From NCBI RefSeq assembly GCF_964355755.1, contig NC_092676.1:17192871-17256870 (forward strand): 64,000 nt of DNA, read 5' to 3'. Below the pieces are notes generated by a model. It was given only the letters and a program-made list of their open reading frames with translations, made no database searches and was not told where the DNA came from. Below are positions 12,301 to 27,792 of this stretch, in pieces. Position numbers and translations under genes: made by a program. The DNA is from Antedon mediterranea (lineage: Eukaryota > Animalia > Echinodermata). Position 1 is the stretch's first letter; every line of letters begins with the position of its first letter.

Positions 12301-15300
12301 AACGATACAATAAACTTCCAATAAAAATTGAAATACTGTAGGTGTTATATAAAACACATAATCGGGCCTTTGGCAAAACAACAGATGAATATGCCTTAAG
12401 ATATTGAAAATAAATTGGATTGTATAGAGCGAAGATTTTAATTATTACTAACCTAATGAAAATTAGCTAATTATTCCAGAATTTGATCAGGCATTATTAT
12501 TAAGATGGATAATGGAATTAAAATAAATCCCTTCAAGAACTTGTTTGTGCAATATTGCAATATTGACCAAAGCAACATTTGTATTCAAATTGGTCCGTTT
12601 GAATAGATTGCGGAGATAGAGTAAAACGTTTTAAATAGTATGATAGTCTAGGTATTTGGAATCAATATTGGCAAACAGATAAATATTTTGGCATTGCATA
12701 TACATTGCAATTTGAAACGCCGACGAGTGGACTAACATAAAAAGACAATAAACACAGATTTGGGGCAAGTCTGATACAATGAGTACAATGTGCTGTATAC
12801 AGAGTATATGCCTACAATTAAATACGTAATACAATGAAATTACAAGAACCGATGCAGGATAGGTTGTTATACATTAGAAGTATGAAGTCTTGTCTCTTTA
12901 CGATTTCAGTCCACTACGGGGCGAAGACCTCTTCAAGCTGAAACCTCTTTCTGTTCTGCTTTCATTCAGTATACCAGCACAACCTCATCTCTCCTTGTGG
13001 TTATTTCTTGCTCTGTCACGTGTGCCATTCCGTTGCAATGTTTCATGCACATCTCACTTTCTTTTTTTTTAGTTGTTGCATGGAGTCGATAATCCACTTC
13101 ATTTTTCTGTCCACCTTGCTTATCTCTCAGCATGCATTTCCATACTCCTTTGTGTTGTTTTATTTTTTGTTTTATTTTTGTTTTAAATAGCCATGATGAC
13201 AACAAAACCTAGATCCTACTTCTTTTCAGTAAGTCATCGAAAAACAAACATTACATATAGATGGTTACTGTTGAAGTGGCTATTTCGTTGATCATGATAA
13301 TGTTACCATTTTTAGAATCCAACGTTTTTTAAATCGACACATGAAATATGTGCCTATTTCCCATACATGGACGAATCGGAGGTAATATTGAAGGAACCAG
13401 GGAAGTGTTTGCGCAGTAAAATCGCCATGAAGAAAGAGAATTTGTTTCAACAAATAAAATTGGTGTTTTTTTTAAATAAGAAAGAAACGTTTTATTTGAT
13501 TAATAATTTCTGTCACGGTTGAACTAATGTATCACTGATTCATTATGTGTACAGATTTGAAATTAATGGAGTACAACGAAATGTTGATAGCTAACTGTCA
13601 AGAATGAATAATATTTAGGTAGCAAAATGGAGTGACTTCATTAAGATGTCTGCGTCCATTTGGTGTGTAACCCAATCTGTAATTGTTGTCAAGAAACAAA
13701 ATGTAATGATTTCCTAGCATTGGCCTATATAATGGTGACTTTTCTAGAACATTTCCTAAAGTTCACAGGTGAATGTAAAGTTTCCGTTTTAGAAGGATTT
13801 CCTCCGTAATGTAGTAGAACTGAAATTTAACTGACCCTTTTTTTGTATGACTTTATTTTTTTTATTAACTTTCCAGATGAAAGCAAATTAAATCTAGAAG
13901 ATTTTTCAAAGTCTATGTTCAGAGTCATTTCTAGAGAATTTTCCAAAGTTCATGTGTTTTCACTTTTTTAGACGCTCTGATTTAAATCATCTTCATTTGA
14001 TTTTTTATTGTCACCTAATATCAATTCAATGTCTAATTAAAATTTAAATTGTAGGCCTAATATTTCATTTAATAACAGTCATGTCATTACTTGTTTTCCA
14101 CGCCATTTCGATATAATTGTATTTTATACTCAATTATTTAAAAAAAATGTTCAATTATAATTTCATTTAAATAACTAAAAACATAAACTATACATACAAT
14201 CCCGATTGGTATTTGCAGTTACAAAAACAATCTTAAATAGCTAAAGAAGATTTAAAATCCGATATACGTATAGAGAATTTCGTACACAGGTCAAAAACGA
14301 CTACTGAATACACTGAATAGCTAAATAGATGTGATTCAAACTGATTTCTAATTTTAAATGAGCATAATTATTTCAGCTTACAACATATATTCGATACAAA
14401 CTGTTAAACATTTTTCCGTCATTTTATATTATAATAAATACATTAGCAGGTTACGATCAAGGATGGGGTAACGTTCATCTCGATGTTTACTCCACTGGGT
14501 CTCGTAGAGGCGGGCAGTGGCGCTGTTTTTTGGCCATGAAAAAAATGAATGATATTGTTATATCTGTAGTAAATGATTCTGATGAAATGAAATAAATGAA
14601 AAACCTTCCTAATATAGTGTTCTAAAACTAATTTGCAAATAATGTAGTAATAAACCTAATTAACTTATCTTAACCAGAGATTTAAGACTCACTATAAAGT
14701 GTGATCTGATCTCCATTTAATTGGTAATAATTATATCAAATTGTTTATATACATAAAACGTTTAACTTTTTAATAGTAAATTAATTGACACTATAGGAAA
14801 TATATTCCTTTATGGAACTTTAAAGTGGTATAATTCAAATTAGCCCAATGGGAAAATAAGTGTTACTTTGCCCATGTCCATCGAGTACGCAACGCATAGT
14901 GTGTCGAGTTAAATTGCCGCTATTGAATCAATCTTTCAATAATATTAGCGTTGTGTTGGACACCATGGGAAATTAGTTTTAACAATTCAACATCTATTCT
15001 ATACATATTAATTGGCTTGACGCCGCAAGGGAGAGTACTCATACGTAGTTTGTATTTGATTAAAACAATAACATTAGGATATACAATATAGTGACAAACG
15101 GTGAATGTCTGGTAAAATAACCAACATGTTCATTATCAAATATTCTATTTTATATTAACACCTAAATAGATTCTTGTCATTTGATTGGACGATTGTGGGT
15201 CACATGACGTGCAATATTACGTACTATTCAACGATCATGTAATAGTTTTTATCTCACGTACGAAAAAAATCTGGTTGGAATTGCATCGTTTGTGCAAACG

Positions 15301-16083
15301 GAAACAGCTACGCAACCGACAAGATCTCTCCTTCGCAACAAGATTAGAACAATGCAATGCCAAGCTACTTAGATGTTATATAAAACAAAATAATTAATGT
15401 TTTATATTCGTGCGATGCTACAAATAGTTCTATTCGGTAAATATGAAATTCAATTTTTACTCGGGCTTTGCCTCGTGCAAATATAATTTCATTATTATAG
15501 CACTCTTCAATATTTGAATTATTTGTATAATTTTGCACAGCATTCACCAACACATAATTGATATGCCTTGAATCTACACGAACAATGTTAAGTCCTTTTC
15601 ACATAAATTTAAATTATGCCTCCATACATTAGGAGGTATATCACAGCATTTCTGCAAGAGAACTGTTTTTCTGTTATATTCCAAATCTGAATTCAATTGT
15701 TGACGTGTAATAAAATAGTGAAACATTATTTAGAGGGTTTTGGGTAGGTTAAGTTAATGTTGAGGTACGTATTAGGTATTGGACGTGTGTGGATTGGCCT
15801 ATTACCGTTTCTTAACATTAAACAGTTAAGCAGTTTTTTTTTAACCGATGGCAATTAAATACATGCATGTCATAATTTTGCATTCTGCACGTACCTAAAA
15901 CGATGAATTAAATAACATTCGTAAAACAATAATAATTCTTATTAAGTAATATGTTAATACCACCCTAATCCCAGTCCGGATTTCATTGCATTACTAACTT
16001 ATTTAATCAGGATCTATATTCAAGTAAGTTATCTTATTGTATATATGGTCAATGTGAGATTTAATCTACTATCTAACCGAGGT

Positions 16084-18004
16084 GACATTGTCACGGAAGA
16101 TTGTGCTTTTATGCAAATCAAATAGGATAAAATTTGAATAAGTTTATAAATGATGTTTGTTTAACATGGATTACGAAAAGTAATATTATATTACATATAT
16201 AACAATTCTACAACTCTCATCATACCATTTTCCTCTTTTTAAACCTCAATTTCAGTAATATGTATTTATTATTATTAGGCCTACTGAATAACTATATTAA
16301 ATACATTGAGATTAATAGGCCTAATACTAATTATTAAGTAATAACTACTTAATAATGCGACATGTATTATCATAGGTAGTTTATGATTTAACAAACTTGG
16401 AACAAAATGTTCTAATTTTTGCGAACTATGCACCTTTGGCACCGAAACATCCATTGTTGCCCTGACTACAGTACATCATAAGTTGCGCCGTAAAATTTGT
16501 AAGTAGGCCTATCTCTAACCGAGGTGGTTTTAATAGTGTCGTCATTTTGTAAGTACAAGATATTGGTACGTTACAGTCAATTTAAATTGTAAAGATATGA
16601 CGTAAATGCAGTTCTATCGTTTATGCAGAATGCAAAGTGCTTGATTTTTATCATTAGTGCAGATTTGATCATAATTTTAGTACTACTGACAGTAACTGTA
16701 AATTGATTATAAAAAGGTTTTCGTGTTTAAAGTCATAGGTTGGCGGTTATCAATACAGTACTATAACAATTATTTGTGCTTAAGCAAAATGATTTAAGGC
16801 AAAGTTAACACAATTTTTGCTAAGCAAGTGTGATAAATCCGGCATTTGAAAGCCTGGTGTAGAAAGTGAAGTTTAATAAGTCTAGTTAAATCAACTACAA
16901 CAACCAGCCCAACTATAAACATCTAGCAGGTTAAACAGCCCTCCAGCAGATAAGCTAGTATGTTCAGTGTTCATTGTTATTTTCCCATTAAATTACTTAT
17001 TCAGTTCATTCCATGTTCTACTTATTCATAGAAATCGTCCTAACAAACGTGTGCGAAGAAGAGCCGATCCACACATCAAAAACAATTTTACGCTTCAAAA
17101 ATATCCAATCTGACAACACATCATTTTTCTGACAAACATGGCTACAGTATTCGGGTTGGATAACCTACATTCGAGGAGTTCACACGAATCTGTATGACTA
17201 CAAAGTAATTGAAATTGGAACTGACTTGTTATTATTCATACGCCTATCATCTCTGTATTATTTTAAGCGTATGTTTTTTAGATAAACTCGGTACCGGTAA
17301 TAAACAAGAACTATGTCTTACAAAAAACGCCGCTTGACTTTTTGACGTAACGGTTTTAATTATTGTTTTATTTTTTCTTTATCTTGTTTTTTGTCTCCCT
17401 TGAATACAACTTCCCAAAGGGCGACGCAAAAACTACATTCCATGATGATAGTTTCAGTGAAACATTAGACAACATGTTGACTAATTGACTGATTTTGAAA
17501 GGCATTTACAATGATGATTTGTGAAGTTAGCGATAATGAATGATTGAATGATGGATTATAGGAGCGTTAAATCATAATGTTGGGTTACTGATCTTCAAGA
17601 CATTGTCACGGAAGATAATGCTTTTTATGCAAATCAAATAGGATAAAATTTGAATGAGTTTATAAATGATGTTTGTTTAACATGGATTACGAAAAGTAAT
17701 ATTATATTACATATATAACAATTCTACAACTCTCATCACCCTTTTCCTCTTTTTAAACCTCAATTTCAGTAATATGTATTTATTATTATAAGGCCTACTG
17801 AATAACTATATTACATACATTGAGGTTAATAGGCCCTAATATTAATTATTAAGTAATAACTACTTAATAATGCGACATGTATTATCATAGGTAGTTTGTG
17901 ATTTAAAAAACTTGGAACAAAATGTTCTAATTTTTGGCACCAAAACATCCATTGTCGCCCTGACAACATCATAAGTTGCGCCGTAACATTTTAAAGTAGG
18001 CCTA
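16084..18004 (+). repeat. About 420-bp direct repeat pair (16084-16511 and 17599-18004)
   Basis: Nearly identical from gacattgtcacggaaga to aagtaggccta, with a spacer of about 1.1 kb. Confidence 0.9.
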
Positions 18005-21000
18005 CCTTTCCATCATTTCTTTAAAAAATCGAAATTGACAATAAAACTGAGCCCAGTTACTAGAAAATATTCCATGTGTTCCATTGTCAATTGAATCTAG
18101 ATTTGTGTTTGTTTGATTCGCCTATAAATTGAATTTGTATTGCATAACTAAGTGAAAATATTCACCAAAACCAACTAATATTTGATATAGCCTTCGAGCA
18201 TTTTGGAAAACTACTAAGCTGAATAGGGGTTGACGAATCTATATTAAAATCTATATATTCTTATATATTACACATCGACAAAAATGTATCAGAGACGCGG
18301 AAGAAATTCAAATTGATTTTGAGAAATGTTTCAACGTGTTCGAAATATAGGCATAATTTGTTGTGACAGTAAAAATTGGTTTGAACTTGATATAAAACGC
18401 ACGTTAAATAGGGCTGCCAACTTACATTGTATTATACTGCTAATTTTGATATTACGAATATATGTGATTTACGGTATTGTGAGCTAAAAGCATTGGAATT
18501 TTTAAAAATGTCAAAAAGGCTATATCACCCCATTTATTATATTGTTAATAAAAGCGGTAAAAGTTACAAAAAGACGTTTCAATTGCTTCTAAAGTTAATA
18601 AATTGATGGGAAATTATGTAATGTAATACGCTTACACAAAATACTATGGTGGTGGCAACATCTTTTAATAAAAGACAAATGTCTTACAAAAGGATGTCAG
18701 ATAAAAATAAAATACATTGCTACCATGGCTTATGTTACCCGGAAAGATGAAGGAGTTAGACAATAATAGTTTAGGCCTATATCAATTGGCGAGTTGGGTT
18801 AAAATTGTAAATCTCAATATGTTTATTAAACCTGCTCTAATTATTGTCGACGTTTCGATTTTTGTCCGGAAAGGGAATTATACATATGAAACGCCATATA
18901 TGCCAAACTTGTTATTAATATTAAGTAGAACGTAGACCGTTAGGTTTATGTGAGCAATATGAACACAAACGTGTAAAAACCATTAACCAAATAGCAATAA
19001 GACAATTTTTGCAACACCACAATCATAATGATAAGTATTGGTATTAAATCTGAACACATTATTTAAAATGTTATTACTCGAAAACTGGGAGTTTTGTAGG
19101 CCTACGGTACTTACAATTTAGGCATACTATTACTAATATTTCTAAACTCATCTTATATTCTACCATGTAGTCAGTTGAGTATTAATGTTAAAACATTTAA
19201 CAACCTTTTTGAAAATTTAACTTGAAGTTATATTTACGCTAGGAATGATTATTATTGCAACTTACTGTACTGTGTAAACATGGAATGTAGCGCACCAACG
19301 CGTTTGTGAATAAAATAATTCTGTAATAGGCCCAATTAAATGAATGTTGATAAAACAAAATAGTATTTCACTGTTTTGGTTATAATCCCACTGTTTACTT
19401 CTTTGTTTGACTTATCTGCGTGACTTCTGAAGTCTGAACTACACGCAGAATGGTTGCTGTAGGCCTATATTGATTGATTGTTGTAGTTATAGGCCTATTT
19501 GAAAGTTGCATCATAACATAAAATTAAAGAACGTGTTTAGGTATACAGTAATTAAAATATCTGACGTTTTGGAGCGAATAAAATAATTCAATATGTTAGT
19601 CATAATCAATATCTATATAACCTTTAGAGAGAATATCGTGTATATTCCTTATTTTAAATATGCTTTATGGAAATAATATTTAACTTATTCAACTGAAGGT
19701 TGTATAAGTGTTTAAGCCTGTTTTGTGTTTTAAACTGATTATACGTGCGTTGTCGTTACGAAATGATACAACAAAAATGAATATTTAACCCTTTGTTAGA
19801 TTATTAGTATCGATGTAGTACTAAAGCACAAAATAATTTAAACATTTTACCTGATGACAATTTGAGCAAAAGTTAATACTGTACACTCACCACTAAACAA
19901 TTATTCTGAAGATATATTATGTGTAGCTATTAATAATTACCGCATAATTATGGAATGCGCCAAAGAAAATATTCATGTTAGATAGTGGATTTTTAAGATA
20001 TTTATAATGCGTATGCCAATCTACTGTATCTGTGCTAATCAATGTATATTTGTTTAATATAAAATTGATTTGCAGAATTATTCATTATGGTTCGGTGGAA
20101 CGAAAATATTATAGAAGAACTTTTAAAACCATAGTTCAGTTTATGAACTTACGCATTCAAAACATTATCTCATTTTTTACCGACAGTAGGTGTCATTGTC
20201 TATTATTTGTAAGACTAATTTTGGAAATTTAATTTAATTTAGGTTAATTTGTTAACTCTTCAAAATACATTGCAGTAACAATGAGCAATTCGGTTTGTGG
20301 ATATAGTTTCTATAAAACTGTTTAGCCTACATGGGATAAGTTTCTAGTTAGTTACAATATAATAAATTAGACAGCAAGGCAATAAGCCTATACATTAGAG
20401 GTCCATGGGTAAGACTGAAAGATGTTACACAATAATACAATGATTTAAAAAGGGCTTAAAGGCTTTCTCCCTATATTGACTGTGGGGAGGGGTCATGATG
20501 CCATTAAGGGCTCGGCTGAGACGTACTTTATATTGGAAATGTCATATACTTCTTGTAAATTTACATTCATAATTCACTGATGTGGTAGGGTTAAGAGATT
20601 AATACAGGTCCAATATAGCCTATGTCCTGAAAAAAATTGATAAAGTGTCAATCCTAATAATGGTGGCCACAGTCCTGTTTCAGTCCTTCTTAGTTGTTTG
20701 TCCTGGGATCGCAGAAACATGGACGACGTTATGCCAGATTGATTGAGTGGATCAAAAACAATCATTGACATTCAATGTCAAAGATGATGAGCTTACTGTG
20801 AACTGATAGATGGCATTATGTCGCATTAGTTATGAACTTTTGTCATGGCAGAGAGGCATCAGCCAGTCATCCACACACATTTGTTGACACACACGTATTC
20901 TTTGTGGGAAATGTATGTATAAATCTAATAAATCAACATTTATTAGATAGTTTTTAAGATAATTTAATGACCTACAGAAAAAAAAACAATTTATCAATTA

Positions 21001-21642
21001 TATGACATGGACAATTTGTGTTACCATCTGTATCTATACAACGCGTATAATAATAGTACTGTCGATTGCAAACTAACATTGCCATTCACAATTTGAACTT
21101 GTCAACGAGAGAGAAGATATCAGAGCACTTTCGTATAGATATTTACGTACAAGTGTTAAACAGAGATGAGCATAAATTAAACTATTTTGACAGGTGATAT
21201 GGACAAATTAAACATAAGTCATGCATTTAGAATCAGTGCATCTAAATTGACAGAAAGTTGATATAGTTGAATTTATATTGTAAAGTACACATTAGATTTG
21301 ATACCTGTTACGACACGTGATTTCTTACCGTATTTAAAATATGTGGATAGGTATAGTACTCCTTTAAGTTTACTGCTAATATGACCAAGATATAAATTAA
21401 AGTAACTGCTTTCTGATTTAGCGATACTGCCTTCGAAAAAATAAATAACTGTGAATTTGTATGACGTAGAAGTCCCTTTTATGATGGTGAAGCTTCTGAC
21501 AAGTACAAAATCACCTAAATTCATTAAATTTATTCTTATTATAACATATCTGGCTTGTTGCAATAGCAAAACGTATACTGGTCTTTCGTACTCGCAATGC
21601 AATGAAACCTGAGTCAAACGCCAATCTTTCCACGTACAGTAT

Positions 21643-21712
21643 TATGCCGTAAATGCATTACGTCATTCGATTAATTAATCATGCATAACGAACTGTAACT
21701 AGCGCCATCACA
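21643..21712 (+). repeat. Dispersed repeat fragment, second copy at about 61113-61190
   Basis: Shared atgcattac..gtcatt-gattaattaatcatgcata..ctagcgccatc. Confidence 0.65.
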
Positions 21713-24700
21713 TTACAAACGATTGCCTGAGTGTTTAATCTTACAAACAGGCCAACAATAATTTACAGTTTTAGCATTTATTTGCTATACTGCAAAAAGT
21801 GTCATGATAATCTTGGCGATGATAGAGCAGACCAGAACGAAATCATAAAAATGTATATTTTTATATAACGCATGAAACGACATTATTTTTTTTTTATTGC
21901 AGGCCTAAATATAGGTCCTACGTAATCTACAGACTAATACCAAAGCTAATGAACAGTCTGCAAAAACCCGATATTATTCCATGTTAAAATTATTACTTTT
22001 GATTAAAACTACAGAACGCATCCCAAGCATGTCGATGCTAAATCCTAACTATGACAATGTAATGTAACTTAGCTTTTTAGAAACATATTAGTAACTTTTC
22101 AATCGTCTAAGGTTACACCCATGAGAAAAATATATTATTTGATACATTTTAAAACCGATAATCTAAGTAATATAAATCTTGTTAAAACGCATGTGTGACC
22201 AGTAACTATGTTACTGTTCTGTATTAGTAACAAGATATTCTACCGGTGAGTTTTAAAGGTGCTATTTAAATGTGAAGTACTTGCGGATATTTTTATATTT
22301 ATTTGACACTGTTAAAGATAAATCTAATCAGGAAATACACAAAATAAGGTATTGGTTATCAAAAAAAAAAAGAAATTTATAAAAAAGAGGTGCTTTGATA
22401 ACTTTCAAAAGAAAGTAGGTATTTATACTGTAGGCATACTTCGTCTACGAAGCGAATCTAAGAAATCAAAATAATTTTTTTTTGTCCAATGAGCTGACAT
22501 TTTGGTGTCACTCTAATAGTACGTTTCTCAATCAGTTTTTGAATCTGAAACTATTTTTTTTTAAACATGTAGACATTATCACCATCCAAATCTGACTCTA
22601 TAAATTAAATTTAGCATGGAGGGAGGTAAAATTAAATGTTTTTCCTCAATGATTTTAGGGTACATTAAGGTACACAATCCATAATATTTTTCGCGGTTAA
22701 TGTTATTAGGCCTACGAGGTTATGTTACAATAATATATTTAACAATTGCAAATTAACACGTTGAATTTTGATTAAATTAAAGAGATTACTACCGATAACG
22801 AGGATGAAAAATTAGTTTTGATAATCGACGAATAGTTAAATAAACGTCACAAAAACTCTACAATAATATTAGGCCTATTTATAATACTAAATTAATTGCA
22901 ATAATGAAAATACGATTATAACAGCTTACTGGGTGGAAGATAAGTCTTCCATTAGTAAAATTGCATAGGCATTGCTATATTTAGAAAAATTAACCATTCT
23001 CGGTATAGGCTAATTATAGGTTCAATGACAATAATTCAAACAGCACTTACTGTGTATGGCATTATGACATGAATAGCCACGAATGACAAAGTCGTAAAGC
23101 TATATGGAATTTTTCAACCTGTTTTGTTTTCCCAAGAAGGTAATGAAAATACATATTTATATTATCTCCATGGTTTTTCATATTTTATAGTAAAGGTGAT
23201 ATTAAAATTACTTTTCATTGACATGAAAACGAATCAACCGATTTTGAAGAACTTTTATTAATTCCAATGGCAAATAACAATAATAATAATAAATTCTCTG
23301 TACTGCATCTCCACATATTAAATGACAAGTATCATAGGCAATACTGCAATACAGTGTCATGTTTATCTTTACTGACGCCTGTATCATACATTGTGATAAA
23401 TCACAAACTTTAGCCATACCTATTTCTATAGATACAGTACATGGAATTTGCTACAATAATTACGAACAAATACTAAATTTCCTGTAGTTGTGAGATTGTC
23501 CATAGGACGAGGAGTGGGAATTGTACCAGTTTTACAGATATTGTCTTTAATAAGTCTTCCTTAAATGATAGAGATAGTTTGATTTAGAGTTAATCTCCTT
23601 GTATTGTATAGTACTGTAGATTATTCGCCAACCCATCTCCTACACATTTCGACATACTTTTAAAAAATAAACCAGTTAATTAGACTTACACGTATTGCTA
23701 AAAATACCACGTTTAATATGATGTGTTGAAAATACTTGTAAATTGTCTGTGAATGTGTGATTAATGTGACTGATCATTTACAGTGATGTATGCTGTACGG
23801 TTGATGACATCATTAGAAGCATTAAAATGAAGTTTGAGATTTTAAGAAAAAATACCAAGATACTAACCAAGACCAAGAATATATATTTGCAACATAATAT
23901 GTATTTTGATCAATTTCATGTTGATGCTATAGATTGCTTAATTGTTCTTATATATTGTTTTGAAGTTTACCATGAGTGTGATGATTATCTGTACTGTATC
24001 TATAATTTGGCCAGTTTCATAGGAAAATTCTGCAATACAGTATCACATATTTATCACATGTGACGCATGTACTATAGGTCATAATCTTAACCTAACCATA
24101 ATGCGGAGATATACATGGATATATTGTATGCCTATAAAGAATCAGGTGGATCATGAGTACCTGTTTTGGTTTTTCCTTACCTGCGTTTATTAGTTATATT
24201 GCATGTATTGCTAATTTAATTTAAAAAAAAAGTATATTTGGACTATTTATAATTATTCTTAATTAAATATTTACTTCTACGGTAGTAACTAAGATTACAA
24301 ATGTTAGTAGTCTTGTCTTTGTTAATTGGTCAATAAAGGGCGTGAAACTGATCGCAGCCACAGATAGACCTGTAGATCTCACCATCCATCCTGCTGTTAT
24401 TGCCTTAGTTGTACCGCGGAGAACATGTTTGTATCAATCAGCCAATCAAATAATATTCCAATTTTAATTCATTGCTCCCACTCAAGTCACGAACCACTAC
24501 GCCAATGTTGAGATCGCATCAACGCGAAAATGTATTATTAGGACATTAAGACATTATTTATTTAAAAATAAAAATCAATTTCATAAAAATGTTCTGATTT
24601 GTATACAAAGAATTGTGATTAATAGTTCTTCATAATATTATTATTTTGATATACTAAATATACGTCGGCCAATTTAAGGAGTCCCTGTCCAGTTGAATCT

Positions 24701-25074
24701 CTAGTAGTTGAATAGTTCCTCTATACTTCTATGATTTTTATGACGCTTAATACAGTAAAAGTAATCGAACATAACTTGAGAAAAAATTTGAACATATGTT
24801 TTTCAATTATTTTTTGAAATACTGTACGTTAGAGAGTTTTTAGATTACATACTTCTTTAGTTTCGCAATATGTATTGGTAATTCACTACACGTTAATGCA
24901 GTCGATTATATTAGAGCACTTTAATCCAACATAATCTAACTTACAAGAATTAAATTCACACCGATCGAAATGTTCAGTAAACTTAATTTTAAAGAAAGCG
25001 TAGCGAAGTTGCAATTGTATTAAAGTGGACGACGCGTCAATGAGAACGAGTGCGTGCTCAGTTATTTTACTGTA

Positions 25075-25270
25075 TTTATCAAATATCATTGTTACAATAT
25101 TAAAATATATTGTAGTATCAGTTTTATTTTATCAAATACCATTGTTACAATATTAAAATATATTATAGTATACAGTTTTATTTTATCAAATGTCATTGTT
25201 ACAATATTAAAATATATTATAGTATACCGTTTTATTTTATTAAGTATCATTGTTAAAATATTAAACTATA
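25075..25270 (+). repeat. Minisatellite, about 55-bp unit x ~3.5
   Basis: Unit tttatcaaat(a/g)(t/c)cattgttacaatattaaaatatatt(g/a)tagtat.c.gttttat. Confidence 0.9.
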
Positions 25271-26126
25271 TATCTTAGTGTTAGGCCTATATTACATTAT
25301 TCTATGATATTATAATGTTCTTCCATCGTGGAACGCGTTTTAATCGGATACAACCATCATATTGTACAATCATCATCAAGCAGATATTGAGGTTCAATTT
25401 GTTCGTTCTTCCGCCATGTTTATGCCTTCAAATGTTCTCATATTTTTCATCTATATCAAAATATATATATAAACGTCATCATTTATGTTTTCCGCTTTCA
25501 ATTCGAATATTTAGTTTGGCTTACTGTACAACTTAATGAGAGATCAACAAAGGAATACATCTTTCTGGGTTGATAGATGTCTGCTAACATATTGAATGAC
25601 AGATCGTTTAAAATCCAAGAGGAAGCTGAAACACTATTATAGATGTTTTCGCCAACAAAATACTTCCTTTCGATCCTCAATTCATTCCTCGTAAGTTAGG
25701 TTACTTTACATTTCCTTGATAAACATTAACAACGGATATTTTTTTTGATATACAGATGATAGATTGATTGATAAATGACTGTTGAATCATTTTAAGTAGT
25801 GACTATAATAGTTTGATAATCGTCACAGCATTTTACCAAGTTTAATCAGTGAGTTGTCTGTATTGGATATGTATATAGTAGATGCGATTTATTGTACCAG
25901 GAAAATACCAGGAAAATAGGACCTTAAATACCTTAAGAACTGGATCAATTGGCGTGAAAGAAAATTGCTTGATTTAAAACTGTCTTTAGAATTATCATGT
26001 TTTACCTATTATTTTAATTGGTTATATCATTAAAATGGTAGGATTCCACTGAAAAAATGTCTGATAAAATCTTAAATAATGGGACAGTTTAAGATGTGTA
26101 TATAACATCTTCCACCGAATTCTTAG

Positions 26127-26312
26127 TAAAGCGTGGTTCCCACTAGCGACGCAACACAAGGACGTAACGCAACGCAAGTGAATTGACCAATCACAAGCGA
26201 TGGCTTATTCGCTTGTGATTGCTAACTGTCTATAACTTCGCTTGTCATTGGTTAAAAACGCTTGCGTTGCGTTTACGTCTTTGCGTTGCGTTCTAGTGGG
26301 AACCAAGCTTTA
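26127..26312. mobile_element. Palindromic MITE family B (PIF/Harbinger-like)
   Basis: TAA-AGCGTGGTTCCCACTAG ... CTAGTGGGAACCAAGCT-TTA. The element is self-complementary over most of its length. Fragments at 8641-8758 and about 62420-62490. Confidence 0.85.
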
Positions 26313-27792
26313 CAGGTTACTGTTTATTTCACTTACGTTATTGATGTGATATTAATAATGTGTGTTGTCCTTTGAACATTATCTGAAATACTTATTTTAA
26401 TGCACAAATTAATGAGACATAAATAAAATAATATTGATAATAAAAACAGCTTTTCATACAGTAAACGATAGGCCTACAGTACTTCCAAAATGTATAGTTA
26501 TAGGTTAAATGAAATTGTCTATATGCATTGCAATTTATTCTAACGACTGGATTATTATAATGAATGTCAAAATGGCATAAAACCTAATGACTTTAAGCAA
26601 ATTCACCAAAAATATTAGGATAATATCCAGGAAGCGTTGATTCTGTAACCTTAGTTTAAAAAAATTGACTGTCTCTTTAAAATATACAAAATTATGGTAG
26701 ACGACGCGACATGCGCGTACAAAACAAAAAGTCATAGTATTACTAATTAAACGCGTGTGTCTAATTTCTTGTTTCGTATTAATACCAACCCTTACCAAAA
26801 TCGCGTGTAAAAATGCTAAAATATAAATATCACTTACATAATCTTATTTAAGGGACGGTTTAAGATGTGTTGGTTAATGATCAGTGAAAATAAGTAAATC
26901 GTCATACCTGTTTGTAACGATGCTTTTAATAAGTTATTTTCAGTCGTCGACGTGAAAGCGCGTAACGTATCGTCGTACCTTTACTCCCAAGTAATCTTGA
27001 TATAATAAAGATGTTTCTAGTGTACGTTGTACAATATCAATAATGTTTTCTGCGCATGACAATAGTAGAAAATACATGCATTGTCATTGGTCACAATCTG
27101 ACCAATAAGATTACAATCCGCCAATAAGTTGAATAGAAAGTTGATTTGTTATCAACACAATTCAAGCATGTATGACTGAAAAATTAAACATAGAAGCAGC
27201 ATTATATAGATCAAGAACTGCATTTGATTATTACATAGACCAATTTTACAGATCATTTATTATGCTTAGTATCCAAATTATAAAAATGCAACCACGCCGC
27301 ATAACACTTCAACATAGCTTATGCATGAAATATATTGTAATATTTCACTGTTATTTATTCCGTAGATTAACCTGTTGTCATGGAATTGTTTTATGATAAT
27401 TTATTAATTAGTTTTCGCATTAAAAAAAAAGCTAAAACTTTGTTTACAACGAATAATTATATTGTTTCTGCTAATTTTAAAAATTAATCTTAAACTGGAA
27501 AAAAACTTTTAATTTAGATTTTTAATTAGGCCACCTGCTTTCAAGCAGCCAAATCTTCGATCTTCTTTGATTTGAGTTGGCATATTATTGTATACGCCAA
27601 ATTTACAATTTTCAAGTTAACGTATGAACTTTACCTTCATGCTAGAAATGAAGAAATGAGTTCATCATCATCATTTCTCTGTAGATTTATAAACCTGATT
27701 ACACAATTGAAGGTGGGTGTATTTTTATGTTTGCTTTTTCTAAAATAGAAATTACATTGTGTTTTCACTATAGAGAGTTGTCACAGATTTTC

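Noticed and set aside
25075-25270. Regular repeats here and at 50151-50250 and 51288-51350 as CRISPR arrays
   Set aside because: These are head-to-tail units without unique spacers, no cas genes are present, and the context is eukaryotic.
8074-27396. Numerous 60-115 aa ORFs in the gene-poor region
   Set aside because: They have the I/L/F/Y/K-rich composition expected from random AT-rich DNA, many use non-ATG starts, and none shows homology I recognise.
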